The notes under the pieces are model-generated. The model worked only from the letters and a program-made list of their open reading frames with translations. It searched no databases and was not told where the DNA came from. Position numbers and translations under genes: made by a program. Shown in pieces: positions 28,536-38,179 of a stretch of DNA of 64,000 bases; the stretch's first letter is position 1, and each line of letters opens with the position of its first letter. Source of the DNA: Phycisphaerales bacterium (GTDB lineage Bacteria > Planctomycetota > Phycisphaerae > Phycisphaerales > UBA1924); assembly GCA_041661205.1 (NCBI GenBank), contig JBAZUW010000001.1, positions 2,736 through 66,735 of the forward strand. The letters are read 5' to 3'.

Positions 28536-29317
28536 AGATTGACCGAGTAATTATCGCGTGGGACGGTAACCCGATCTACGCCGGGCTGTGGGACATCCAG
28601 TGCAAGGCGTGGCCGAAGCTCGGCATTCGCCCCACTCTCGCCGCCGTCGGCGATGGGGTTCCCCACGGGCTGGAGCGCGACGGTGCGGACGTGGTGTTTC
28701 TGCCGGACGCCACGGAGCTGCCGCGCGGGCAGCGCAACTGGCGCACCACGATGTCCCTGGCCCACGTACCACGGCTGTTCCCCGACGAGGTGTCGATGAC
28801 CATCGGGCTTGACCAGATCCCCCTTGGGCGGTGGTTCCAAGACTACGCCGACACGGTGGAGGACCTCAACGGGTTCATCGCCGGTCTGCCGTGGGCCAAG
28901 TACAAGGTCGCCGACTGCCCGGTGCAGTATTACCCGTCCTCCTACCTCGCGGCCAGTGGAAGGGTGTGGGGCCGGGTGATGGCGAAGGCTCCGATGGATT
29001 TTCTGGAGATGCTCCGCTGGGCATGGAACAGCGGAGTGCCCTACGGGTGGGCCGATTACATGGACGGGTGGGGTCTCGATGAGGCGCTCATCTCGACCGG
29101 TATCGCTGCGGCGACCGGGACGGTAAACCTGTTCACCCCGCCGCAGGAGGTGTGCCACCAGTTCCAAGAGCGTCGGGTGTGCGGGCGTCGGTTAGGCCGG
29201 GACGCCACCACCGCCGATCCGGAACTCCTCCGCAAGGGCTACTATTCCGAGATGCACAGTTGCATTCCGCCCGCGGAGGATGAGCTTGAAATCATCCGGG
29301 TTTTCCTCGACTCTTGA
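28532..29317 (+). CDS. hypothetical protein, possible glycosyltransferase
   Basis: Y...W...W.KLGI.P, LDQIPL, WGLDE; located in the glycan cluster. Confidence 0.5.
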   Translation: MKIDRVIIAWDGNPIYAGLWDIQCKAWPKLGIRPTLAAVGDGVPHGLERDGADVVFLPDATELPRGQRNWRTTMSLAHVPRLFPDEVSMTIGLDQIPLGRWFQDYADTVEDLNGFIAGLPWAKYKVADCPVQYYPSSYLAASGRVWGRVMAKAPMDFLEMLRWAWNSGVPYGWADYMDGWGLDEALISTGIAAATGTVNLFTPPQEVCHQFQERRVCGRRLGRDATTADPELLRKGYYSEMHSCIPPAEDELEIIRVFLDS

Positions 29318-29321
29318 AGCC

Positions 29322-30065
29322 ATGAGCGAGCCACCAGTCTTCCTGCCGAACCTCAACGTGGTTGAGGTGGCCATCACTTACGCTTGCAACGTGCGCTGCA
29401 ACAACTGCTCGTCGCTTTGCACCCAGGCCCCTGTCACCCGGGACGATGAGATGCCCGTCGAGACGTTCGAGCGGTTTCTCTACGAGTCGGTCGCCGCGGA
29501 CTACCCGTGGGGAGAAATCAAGCTCTACGGTGGCCAGCCGACGATGCACACGCGCTTCCTCGACCTCTGTCGCCTGCTGGTCAGCTACCGCGACAACCAT
29601 CGGCCGAACGTGTTTCTGAGCGTGGTGACCAACGGCAGCGGCAAGGACAAGACCGCCGCCGCGCAGGCGATGGGGTTCTACCTGTGGGACTCACCCAAGG
29701 TCGGCACCAACGCCTTCCCGAATGGTAGTCCGATGCCCTACGTGACCACCAACATGAGCCCGGCCGATCAGGGGCTCCGGGGCACCAACGGTTGCCGCAT
29801 CGCCACGGACTGCGGGATCTCGCTCACCAAGGAGGGGTTCTGGCCATGCTCGCCGGCCGGGGCTGCTGCGCGGGTGTTTGGCTACAAGGCACCCGTCGAA
29901 CACGTGGCCGACATCTCCCACGACGCGCTGATGAAGATGTATGTCCACTGTGACCATTGCGGGTTCTGCCTCCCCGGCGAGCCTCGGGCAGTCGAGCAGC
30001 AGACCAGCCCGACGTGGCAGGAAAAGCTAGCCAACTACGCCGCCGGCCATGTACTCCCAGAATGA
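29322..30065 (+). CDS. radical SAM protein with SPASM/twitch-like C-terminus
   Basis: ITYACNVRCNNC, YGGQPTMH, VTNG, later C..PC..C..C. Confidence 0.85.
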   Translation: MSEPPVFLPNLNVVEVAITYACNVRCNNCSSLCTQAPVTRDDEMPVETFERFLYESVAADYPWGEIKLYGGQPTMHTRFLDLCRLLVSYRDNHRPNVFLSVVTNGSGKDKTAAAQAMGFYLWDSPKVGTNAFPNGSPMPYVTTNMSPADQGLRGTNGCRIATDCGISLTKEGFWPCSPAGAAARVFGYKAPVEHVADISHDALMKMYVHCDHCGFCLPGEPRAVEQQTSPTWQEKLANYAAGHVLPE

Positions 30066-30633
30066 CGAGGAGCGGGTCATCCTGGAACACTTCGACAGGG
30101 TAACCGGGAGGTTCTACGACATCGGAGCCTATGATGGGTTCACCTGTTCCAACACGCTCGCCCTGCTAGAGCGAGGGTGGTCGGGGGTGTACGTGGAGCC
30201 CGAAGCCAGGGCGTTCCTCGCGCTCTGTGCCACGCTGGCCGATCGCAGGGACCGAGTAACCCTGGTGAACGCCGCGGTGGCGGCGGACGGCTCGCTGGCG
30301 CCGTTTTGGGAGTGTGGAGGGGACATGGTGAACACGATGTCCGAAGCGCACCGCGAACTGTGGCGGCCGTCGTGCCGACACATGCTCCCGCACTTTGTCA
30401 AGCCTCTGACTCCGGAGGAGCTGTTCGACCGCTTCGGCCCCGCCGAGTTCATCAGCCTCGACGTGGAGGGGAAGAACATGGAGGTGTTCCGCAAGCTGCC
30501 GTTCGGGTGCCCGGAGATTTCCATGATCTGCGTCGAGTTGCAGGGCGGCCACAATGAGATGGTGGACATCGCCGCGCCCCACGGATTCCGCGAGATTCAC
30601 CGCACCTCGGAGAACCTCCTGCTGGTAAGGTGA
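30049..30633 (+). CDS. FkbM-family methyltransferase
   Basis: YSQ..E, DIGAYDG..SNT, GWSG..VEP, SLDVEG, ICVE. Confidence 0.9.
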   Translation: MYSQNDEERVILEHFDRVTGRFYDIGAYDGFTCSNTLALLERGWSGVYVEPEARAFLALCATLADRRDRVTLVNAAVAADGSLAPFWECGGDMVNTMSEAHRELWRPSCRHMLPHFVKPLTPEELFDRFGPAEFISLDVEGKNMEVFRKLPFGCPEISMICVELQGGHNEMVDIAAPHGFREIHRTSENLLLVR

Positions 30634-30678
30634 TTTCTTGTTGACACTCCCACAATTTCACATAAATGGGGAGTCGCC

Positions 30679-30915
30679 ATGAGAGACATCTTTGTCGGAT
30701 GTGACGGGGACATGACTCCGCTGGGGTCCGCTGTTCTGGAACTGGTCGAAGTGCGCGGGTGGACATTTCGTCGGGCGTGTCGGTTGTTAGCCGACCGTTT
30801 CGAGAACGACCTTGAATGCCCGGTGAGTGGTTGCTTCACGGCGGCCGAGATACGCAACTACTACAAGGGGCGGGTCAACGTCGTCGCGCTGCCCGCCCCC
30901 GAGTGTGTGCGGTGA
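30679..30915 (+). CDS. hypothetical protein
   Basis: TTGACA at 30641, GGGGAG RBS. Confidence 0.5.
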   Translation: MRDIFVGCDGDMTPLGSAVLELVEVRGWTFRRACRLLADRFENDLECPVSGCFTAAEIRNYYKGRVNVVALPAPECVR

Positions 30916-30918
30916 TCG

Positions 30919-31197
30919 TTAGGCCGGCACCTTCGGGTTGAACTCCCGCAGGGTTTGCAGGATGCCGGGGATCAGGTCCCGGTCGTGCTCGTGCAGGAAC
31001 CGCTCCAGCCGCTGCTCGGTGGGACCGGAGATGGTGCTCACGGCATTGTGCAAAATCCACTTTGTGACCTTCCGGGCGCGGGAGTGGGTGAACTCAGGAC
31101 TGGCGTGCGCGAACTCCTCCGCGAAGGGTCCGTTGTCACCTCTTCCAACTTGAACACACTCGATTCCGCCCACTCTAACGATTGTTGGTGCTCTCAT
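30919..31197 (-). CDS. hypothetical protein, divergent from replication operon
   Basis: MRAPTIVRVGG..., 92 aa. Confidence 0.45.
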   Translation of the reverse strand: MRAPTIVRVGGIECVQVGRGDNGPFAEEFAHASPEFTHSRARKVTKWILHNAVSTISGPTEQRLERFLHEHDRDLIPGILQTLREFNPKVPA

Positions 31198-31303
31198 GCG
31201 GGGCCACCCTAAACTTTTTGAAATTCCCTGTCCACAAGAAAAGTAGCGCAAGTGAGAGATTTCCATTGCACCCCGTTCCACTCCACGGTATGAACCCCCT
31301 CGC

Positions 31304-31528
31304 ATGAGCGTTACACCGGATGCCGACCAGACACTGCGTCGGCTGATCACTGAGTCGGGCAGGAAACTGAAAGCCATCGTGAGGGACGCCGGGCTGGAGG
31401 ACTGCCGCTACCACGCGGTCTGGAGGTGGCACAAGGGCAAGCAGCCCGGCATCGACCTCGCCACCGCCGCGGCGCTGCACGTTGCGATCACCGGGCGTCC
31501 GATCATGGCGGTTGGAGATCAACACTGA
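31304..31528 (+). CDS. small HTH-like (Cro-like) regulator
   Basis: LKAIVRDAGL...VWRWHKG...IDLATAAAL. Confidence 0.6.
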   Translation: MSVTPDADQTLRRLITESGRKLKAIVRDAGLEDCRYHAVWRWHKGKQPGIDLATAAALHVAITGRPIMAVGDQH

Positions 31529-31535
31529 CCTGCGC

Positions 31536-34136
31536 ATGAGTGACGACGGTGCCTATTTTGGCGGGTCCTCCCTGCAAACGACCAACGAGGTCCGCCGCTT
31601 GCAGGCGCGCACCTGGAAGGAGCTACTCGACAGATATATCTCGACGCCCGCGGTCCTGCCCTACACGCGCCAGCAGTTCATGGCGATGTCCATCGACGCG
31701 CGCAACCGTGCTAAAGATTGCCCGTTCATCTCTCCGGTGTCCTACGCCTACGAGGAGGCGGGGCCGCGCGGCAACGCGCACGCGCAGAGCCTGATGCTCG
31801 CATTCCTCGATCTGGACGAGGACCCGAACCCAGAGAACTACGCGGTGGTCAAGGATCTCGCCGCCGACCCGCAGGCGATAGCCGAGCACCTGCACGGTCT
31901 GAACTTCGCGGTTTGGACCACCGCGAAGTCCACGCCCGAGAAACCGAGGCTCAAGGTCGTGGTGCCCATCGCCCAACCGTGCCCGCCCTCCGAACTGCCG
32001 CGCATCGTGCGCTACATCGGCCAGCGCCTCGGCCTGCCACCCACCTTCAAGGGGATCACGGAATCATCGACTCCCGCCCAGGGTCAGTACAGGCCCGCGA
32101 AGCTCCAGAACGAGGCGTTCACGGCAGTCCTGTGCAGCAGAGCCAACGGTGCGCCGCTGGACCCCGCCTGCATCCCACCGGACGACGACGGTGAGGACTT
32201 CTTCGGCGACCGGGACTACACCAACCCGCAGGAGCCGAGCCTAACCGACGACCTGCGCGGGATGCCGGTGGTTGGCATCGACACGGTTGACGACATCCGC
32301 GATGCGTTCAACCACATGGACCCGGACTGCTCCCGCCGGGACTGGCTCAACGTATGCTCCGGCCTTCAAAATCAATTCGGCCGCGACAAGGAGCAGGCGC
32401 ACGAAGCGTATGACCTGTTCCTGGAGTGGTCTTCGCGGGGCACCAAGTTCCGCGGCAACGGCGACGTGTTCCGGCTCTGGCGCAGCCTGAAGCCGTTCCC
32501 CGAGGGACGCCAGCCGGTGACCCTGCGCACGGTGTTCCGCTTCGCGCAGGAAGGCGGCTGGGACGGCGGCAAGGTGGCCAAGCGGGAGAAGGAGTCCATC
32601 TCCTCGTGGATCACCGCAGCGGAGGACGCCGATGACCTGATGCGCACCGGGCCGGCGCGCATCGCCGCGATGGCCGTGCGCAACGAGGTGGTGGAGGCGT
32701 CACTGATCATCGCCATCCAGAAACAGATCAAGAAGTTGACCGGTGACCTGGTGGACCGCCGCGCCATCTACAAGGAGGTCTCCCGTGAACGCAAGCGGGA
32801 CCGCTCGACCAAGAAGGACGACGCCCCGTCGATGCCGAACTGGCTGCGGCCGTTCTGCTACGTGGCCGCCGACCGGGAGTTCTACGACTTCGGCACCGGG
32901 CTGGGCCTGTGCCCGGCGTCCTTCGACGACTACTTCTCCAAGGACCTGATGCCTGCCGACGCGGCCGACAAGCCACCCAACGGCAAACCGCTGGCCATGC
33001 CGTCGGCCTTCGCGCTCAACGAGATCATGATCCCGCGGGTCTATGAGAAGATGTACTGCCCGCTGCACGGCGGGGAGGACCCGTTCTTCGAGTGGGAGGG
33101 GCGTCTGTACCTGAACACCTACAACCCGCTGAGTGTCCCGGTGCCGGAGCCCGACCACGCCGAGGAGGCAGGCCGGTTGCTCCAGAAGATGGTGGCCCAG
33201 TTCGCCGTGGAGCCGGAATACCAGGAGCTGCTGCTCGACTTCCTCGCCGTGCCAGTCCAGTTCCCCGGTCGCAAGGTGCCGTGGTCCCCGTGCATCCAGT
33301 CCGCCGAGGGCGTGGGCAAGAACCTGCTGGGTGAGATCATGGCGGCGGTGCTGGGCGAGGTCAACGTGCGTGTGATCAGCCCCGAGGTCCAGCGCAGCCA
33401 GTGGAACGACTGGTGCGTTGGCAGTCTCTTCAACATCCTCAACGAGATCCACCACCCCGGCGAGATGCGGGAGAAGACGATGAACCTTCTCAAACCGCTG
33501 ATCTCCGACCCAGTGATCACGGTCAACAAGCGCAACACCACAGCCCGGTGCCGGGTGCCTAACTTCGCCAACTACATCGGCTTCACCAACTACAAGGACG
33601 CGCTGCACCTCAAGGAGTCCTCCCGCCGATGGTTCGTGCTGCACTCGCCTAACCAGACCGAGGCACAGGTGCGCGCGCTCAACGCCTCGGGCCACTTCGA
33701 GGAGGTCTCCCGGCTCAAGAACGAGCTGGCCCGCGGACTGCGGTGGTGGCTGCTTAAGCGCAAGCTCGCCAAGGACTTTCCGTGGCAGGGACCGCCGCCA
33801 CTCACCAAGTATGCGTTGGAGGTAATCGAAATGAGCAAGAACCCAGTACAAGACTCCATCGAGGACATGCTCACCCAGGGCAGTCCGTTCTACGCCCCGG
33901 ATCTGGTCAGCGAGGACCACCTCGCCGACGCCATGGGGCGCGACGTGAAGGACCGCGGCGCCAAGGTCGCCCACTACCTGACCGTGCTGGGCTTCGAGCG
34001 TGTCCCCGGCGGACGCGAGGAACGGCACGGCAAGCGCACCGTACTCTGGATTCACCGGGACAAGTGGTCCGACATGCTCGGCACGCCGGAGGAGATGCTG
34101 AACTGGCGGGTGGCGCAGAATGATGACCTGTTATGA
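31536..34136 (+). CDS. primase-helicase (AEP-like, PriCT-2, SF3/DUF5906 helicase)
   Basis: LDLD, W..V..GL...WS..G.KF, EGVGKN Walker A, NEI, FTN. Confidence 0.88.
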   Translation: MSDDGAYFGGSSLQTTNEVRRLQARTWKELLDRYISTPAVLPYTRQQFMAMSIDARNRAKDCPFISPVSYAYEEAGPRGNAHAQSLMLAFLDLDEDPNPENYAVVKDLAADPQAIAEHLHGLNFAVWTTAKSTPEKPRLKVVVPIAQPCPPSELPRIVRYIGQRLGLPPTFKGITESSTPAQGQYRPAKLQNEAFTAVLCSRANGAPLDPACIPPDDDGEDFFGDRDYTNPQEPSLTDDLRGMPVVGIDTVDDIRDAFNHMDPDCSRRDWLNVCSGLQNQFGRDKEQAHEAYDLFLEWSSRGTKFRGNGDVFRLWRSLKPFPEGRQPVTLRTVFRFAQEGGWDGGKVAKREKESISSWITAAEDADDLMRTGPARIAAMAVRNEVVEASLIIAIQKQIKKLTGDLVDRRAIYKEVSRERKRDRSTKKDDAPSMPNWLRPFCYVAADREFYDFGTGLGLCPASFDDYFSKDLMPADAADKPPNGKPLAMPSAFALNEIMIPRVYEKMYCPLHGGEDPFFEWEGRLYLNTYNPLSVPVPEPDHAEEAGRLLQKMVAQFAVEPEYQELLLDFLAVPVQFPGRKVPWSPCIQSAEGVGKNLLGEIMAAVLGEVNVRVISPEVQRSQWNDWCVGSLFNILNEIHHPGEMREKTMNLLKPLISDPVITVNKRNTTARCRVPNFANYIGFTNYKDALHLKESSRRWFVLHSPNQTEAQVRALNASGHFEEVSRLKNELARGLRWWLLKRKLAKDFPWQGPPPLTKYALEVIEMSKNPVQDSIEDMLTQGSPFYAPDLVSEDHLADAMGRDVKDRGAKVAHYLTVLGFERVPGGREERHGKRTVLWIHRDKWSDMLGTPEEMLNWRVAQNDDLL

Positions 34137-34765
34137 TTGTGATGCCCTCCAACAACACAGGCTTCACCGCCGGCAGACTGTTCGGCAAGTACGAGGGGAT
34201 GCTTGGCCATCTACATTCGGTAGATCGGCCATTCGAGCCCAAGAACGCGCCTCCAAAGGGGATCGTGTGGGCGCTTGACAACGGGGTGTTCGGGGCATGG
34301 GAGAAAGGGAGGGAGTGGTCCCCGGAGCCGCTTTACCGGTACTTGGACGCCTACGCCGACTGGGGTCCAGCGTGGGTCGTTGTCCCTGATTGGGTCGGCG
34401 ACAGGGAAGAGACCCTCAGACGCTGGGACGCGCATGCCCCTGCCATAAAAGCCTTCGGAGCACCACTTGCTTTTGCTGTCCAGGACGGGATGGACATCTA
34501 CGACGTGCCTTTCGACGCGGCGGTAGTGTTTGTGGGGGGCAGCTCTCAGTGGAAGTGGAAGAATCTGGAGATGTGGACGAGCAATTTCCCCCGCGTGCAT
34601 GTCGGACGTGTGAACACGCGCCGCCTTCTGGAAGTGTGCGAGTCTGCTGGTGCTGAGTCATGCGACGGAACAGGGTGGTTCCGCCATCCGAAGCGCACCG
34701 CAGAATTGGAAAAGTATCTGTCTGATAGAAAACAACGAGAACACGAAACACCATGCCAGCAATAA
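34133..34765 (+). CDS. DpdA/TGT-like guanine transglycosylase-fold protein
   Basis: LDNGVF, VVPD.VGD, AVQDG, FVGG, VHVG, ESCDG parallel the TGT motifs DSGGF, D, VQGG, IGG, H..G, DS.D. Confidence 0.65.
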   Translation: MIVMPSNNTGFTAGRLFGKYEGMLGHLHSVDRPFEPKNAPPKGIVWALDNGVFGAWEKGREWSPEPLYRYLDAYADWGPAWVVVPDWVGDREETLRRWDAHAPAIKAFGAPLAFAVQDGMDIYDVPFDAAVVFVGGSSQWKWKNLEMWTSNFPRVHVGRVNTRRLLEVCESAGAESCDGTGWFRHPKRTAELEKYLSDRKQREHETPCQQ

Positions 34766-35121
34766 TGACCGTCGGGAAAGACTTCCACTTCGAGGCGGCG
34801 CACTCGCTCCCCCATCTCCCGGAGGGGCACAAGTGCCGCAACCTCCACGGGCACAGTTACAAGTTCCGGGTGGACATCGAAGGACGCGTCGATGCGCGCG
34901 GCTTCGTCATTGACTACGCCGAGATTGCCTCCGCAGTCGAACCGGTCGTGGCGCAACTCGACCACCAGAACCTCAATGACATCTTTGCCTGCGCCACCAC
35001 CGCCGAGAATCTAGCAGCGTGGTTGTTCAAGAAGGTGGAGGATAAGCTGGGCAGATGCAAGCGGATCACCCTGTGGGAGACTCCCACGAGCGTTGTCACC
35101 TACGAAGGGGAGGAAGGATGA
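34753..35121 (+). CDS. queD: 6-carboxy-5,6,7,8-tetrahydropterin synthase
   Basis: FEAAH, CRNLHGHSY, LDHQNLN, TAENLA, WET. Confidence 0.93.
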   Translation: MPAIMTVGKDFHFEAAHSLPHLPEGHKCRNLHGHSYKFRVDIEGRVDARGFVIDYAEIASAVEPVVAQLDHQNLNDIFACATTAENLAAWLFKKVEDKLGRCKRITLWETPTSVVTYEGEEG

Positions 35122-35531
35122 AGGTTTACCTGTGCGGCCCGATCAACGGATGCACCGATGCGCAGTGCATCGACTGGCGCGAGGAAGCGAAAAAGGAGTT
35201 CCCTGACGCCATCGACCCGATGCGCCGCGACTACCGCGGCAAGGAGGCGGCGTGGGTGCAGGACCTCGTTCACCAAGACAAGCGCGACGTGGCGGCCTGC
35301 GATGTGGTGTTGGCCTATTGCCCTTTCCCTTCGGTCGGAACCAGCATGGAGGTGCTTCTCGGGTGGCAGCTAGGCAAGACCGTGGTGGCCGTGGTACCCG
35401 ACACGGAGCGAGTCAGTCCTTGGTTGTGCTACCACGCCAACGTCGTTGCGTCCCTCGAAGATGCCTTCGCATTCATACGCCAGGTAAAGCTCCGCTCCGA
35501 AAAATCCCGTTCTCCCAAACAATCTGATTGA
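35118..35531 (+). CDS. nucleoside 2-deoxyribosyltransferase-like
   Basis: VYLCGPI, WR, DP, D..D..CDVVLA, SVGTSME...GK. Confidence 0.85.
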   Translation: MKVYLCGPINGCTDAQCIDWREEAKKEFPDAIDPMRRDYRGKEAAWVQDLVHQDKRDVAACDVVLAYCPFPSVGTSMEVLLGWQLGKTVVAVVPDTERVSPWLCYHANVVASLEDAFAFIRQVKLRSEKSRSPKQSD

Positions 35532-35565
35532 CGAAACCACAAATCCACAATACAACAACCACGCA

Positions 35566-36039
35566 ATGAGCCTTGAAACCGTAATCCAAGAACTGGCGGA
35601 CGCGATCCGCGAGAACACCAAAGCCCTGAACTCCGTGTCCGAGTTGACCCTGGTCCCCGACACCAAGCCGCAGGGAACGCCCACACCAGCCGTAAAGCCG
35701 GCCCCGGAGAAGCCGAAGAAGGTGAACCCGGTGGTGGTTGAGCCCGAGCCCGAAGCAACCCCCGTGACGGCCGAAGGCGAAGTCATCGAGCCGACCCCCG
35801 AGCCGGCCGCCGAACCGGAGCCCGCCCCCGCCGATCCCGCGCCGGCCGAAGACGCCGAGGCGCAGCGCGCCGAGCTGCTGAACTTCGTTCGCAGCAAGGT
35901 GGCCGCCGCCAAGGACAGCAACACGGCACTCGCCGAGCTGGGCAAGATCACCGAGGAACTCAAGACCTCGCGCAACATCAAGGACATGGACCCGGCGATG
36001 TTCGCCGAGTTCCGGGCCGCGGTGGACGCGCGCCTGTAA
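35566..36039 (+). CDS. hypothetical replication-module protein
   Basis: MSLE..IQEL..AI..NT, Pro/Glu linker; promoter TTGACG-17-TACAAC upstream. Confidence 0.75.
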   Translation: MSLETVIQELADAIRENTKALNSVSELTLVPDTKPQGTPTPAVKPAPEKPKKVNPVVVEPEPEATPVTAEGEVIEPTPEPAAEPEPAPADPAPAEDAEAQRAELLNFVRSKVAAAKDSNTALAELGKITEELKTSRNIKDMDPAMFAEFRAAVDARL

Positions 36040-36167
36040 CAACTTGGTGGGGCGGACCCGAACGGGTAGGTATTTCCAGCGGGGTTTCAGTTCCCCCATG
36101 ATCCACCTCCCGGCCGCAGGACTGGATAGCCAAGAAGCCGGGCCGCCCCGCCACCAACTCTACGACC

Positions 36168-37787
36168 ATGAGCAACTTCCAGGATGACTGGGGCATCGAA
36201 GCCAAGGGGCCGAAGGACGTGGCCTCCATGATGGAGAAGCGCCACAGGCTGGTGCTCTCCCCGACCGGGCAGCTATGGGTCCACGACGAGATCCTGCTGG
36301 CGTCCGGGGAGTGGCACAAGGTGCAGATGCGCGAGGCTACCGAGAAAGAGATCGGGATTTTCAAGGAACTGCAAATGAAGAAAGCCAAGACCACCGCCCC
36401 CGCCGCCGCACCGGAGCCCGTCAAGAGCGGCTCCCACAACGACCATGCGAGGCTGGCGCCGTCCGCTTCTAAGCAGTGGACTCAATGCACCGCGTCCATC
36501 GCCTATGCTGCGGCCAACAAGCACCGCGTCCCGGAGGACCGGGGGAGCAAGTGGTCCGAGGAAGGCACCGAGGCGCACGACTGGGCGGCCAAGCTGCTGG
36601 CCGGTGCCTGCGCTCTCGGCGATCTGCCGGACAGTTTCGCGGAGCCCGTCGGTGCCTACGTGGCTCACTGCATGTCGCTGGTGCCGGATGGCGTCGCCCC
36701 GCTGGTCGAGATTGAGGTGCCCTTGTTCTATCAGCCATCGAGCACCGGGACCTGCGACTTTGCGGTGGTGACGGACGACCGCGTGGTGGTCCGCGACTAC
36801 AAGCATGGCGAGGGCGTGCTGGTCCACAGCTTCGAGAATCCGCAGCTCGCCATCTACGCGCTGTCCCTAATCCGCAGCCGCGAGATCCTGCACAACTTCT
36901 CCCCGGCGACCGAGTGCGACATCGCTGTCTTCCAGCCTCGCCACCGGGAAGGCCACGACCAGAAGCCGTGGGTCATCGCGCTGGCGGACTTGGAGGCATT
37001 CTGCCGTGAGATCGAGTCCAGCGCCACCAAGGCGCACGTGGCCTTCGAGCAGTGCGCCGAGGCGGTGCCGGGGTTCGGAACCCGCGACGTGACCGCCAGG
37101 GAGATCCTGGAAGCCGCACCGGGCGTTGTGTTCAGCCCGTCCGAGGGTGACGACGGCGCGTGCCGGTGGTGCCCCGCCAAGGGGTTCTGCGAGACGCGCT
37201 TCGCGGCCTGCACGGAGCCGGTGTCCGGTCATGTCGTTGACCCGGCCGGGATGATCAACCTGCTCGGTGATCTGCCGGAGGAGGAAACCAATGTCTCCGA
37301 CCCGGTGGAGCGGATCGCCGCGAACCTGCGGGGTGTTGGGGTGGACGAGCCGCTGACCGACGAGTTCCTGGTCTCCCTCTACCGCAGTTGGAAGCGCCTG
37401 AGCGCCTTCTACGCGGACGTGGCCGACTACCTGCGCCAACGCGCCGAGGCGGGCACCCCCGTCGCCGGCACCAAGCTGGTCCTCGGCCGCGCCGGAGACC
37501 GGGCGTGGGTTGACGAGGCGGCCGCTGACACGTTCCTCACGGGTCAGAAGCTCAAGAAGGACGAGCGTTACAAGATGGTGCTCAAGAGCCCCGCCCAGAT
37601 CGAGAAGCTGCTCAAGCTCAAGTTCAAGGCGTCGGCGCGATCCAAGTCACGGTTCGAGGAGCTGGTGACGCGCGGCGATGCGAAGCCCGTGCTGGCGTTG
37701 GAAGACGACAAGCGCGAGGCGGTGAGTGCTGGCGTGGACCTGCTGGGCGACCTGCCGGAGGAGGAACCAGCGTTCGATTTGTCATGA
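36168..37787 (+). CDS. DUF2800 / Cas4-like PD-(D/E)XK exonuclease
   Basis: HARLAPS...C, EGT.AH, GTCD, DYKHG, NPQL.IYA, C.WCPAK..C. Confidence 0.88.
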   Translation: MSNFQDDWGIEAKGPKDVASMMEKRHRLVLSPTGQLWVHDEILLASGEWHKVQMREATEKEIGIFKELQMKKAKTTAPAAAPEPVKSGSHNDHARLAPSASKQWTQCTASIAYAAANKHRVPEDRGSKWSEEGTEAHDWAAKLLAGACALGDLPDSFAEPVGAYVAHCMSLVPDGVAPLVEIEVPLFYQPSSTGTCDFAVVTDDRVVVRDYKHGEGVLVHSFENPQLAIYALSLIRSREILHNFSPATECDIAVFQPRHREGHDQKPWVIALADLEAFCREIESSATKAHVAFEQCAEAVPGFGTRDVTAREILEAAPGVVFSPSEGDDGACRWCPAKGFCETRFAACTEPVSGHVVDPAGMINLLGDLPEEETNVSDPVERIAANLRGVGVDEPLTDEFLVSLYRSWKRLSAFYADVADYLRQRAEAGTPVAGTKLVLGRAGDRAWVDEAAADTFLTGQKLKKDERYKMVLKSPAQIEKLLKLKFKASARSKSRFEELVTRGDAKPVLALEDDKREAVSAGVDLLGDLPEEEPAFDLS

Positions 37788-38179
37788 CTGAGAAGCAACA
37801 ACGGATCGCCATAGCAAAAGCGCTTGGCATGGAAGTCGTGGAGATCGGCAGGATGCTGCATCTGGTCAACTGGCCGCAGGGGTATCCGGAAGGGACTCCG
37901 CCGGCTTGTCCACAATACACGACGGACCTCAACGCGATGCGCGAAGCTGTTGTTAGCTTGTCCGGCTTGACCCAGGACTCGCACGGAAAACAATTCCCCG
38001 CTGATGGGTTTCATGCGTACGTGGCAGAACTCTACCGGGTCGTGAACAGACTGCACGAAGGAGCCTACTACCACTGGTCCGACCTCGGCACCAACGAAGC
38101 GATCGTTGCAACCACGGCGGCGCAACAAGCCGAAGCATTTCTCCGCACACTCAACCTCTGGCAGGACGACGAGCCATGA
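37784..38179 (+). CDS. hypothetical protein, paralog of 132-530
   Basis: QQRIAIA.ALG...P.Y..DL.A...AT.AQQ.EAF. Confidence 0.7.
   Translation: MTEKQQRIAIAKALGMEVVEIGRMLHLVNWPQGYPEGTPPACPQYTTDLNAMREAVVSLSGLTQDSHGKQFPADGFHAYVAELYRVVNRLHEGAYYHWSDLGTNEAIVATTAAQQAEAFLRTLNLWQDDEP

Noticed and set aside
29322-30065. QueE completing the queuosine pathway
   Set aside because: It lacks the QueE N-terminal SxQGEG motif and sits in the glycan cluster.
36168-37787. CRISPR-associated Cas4
   Set aside because: Context (SSB, PolA, VRR-NUC, SNF2) is the standard phage DUF2800 replication module; there are no cas genes or arrays.
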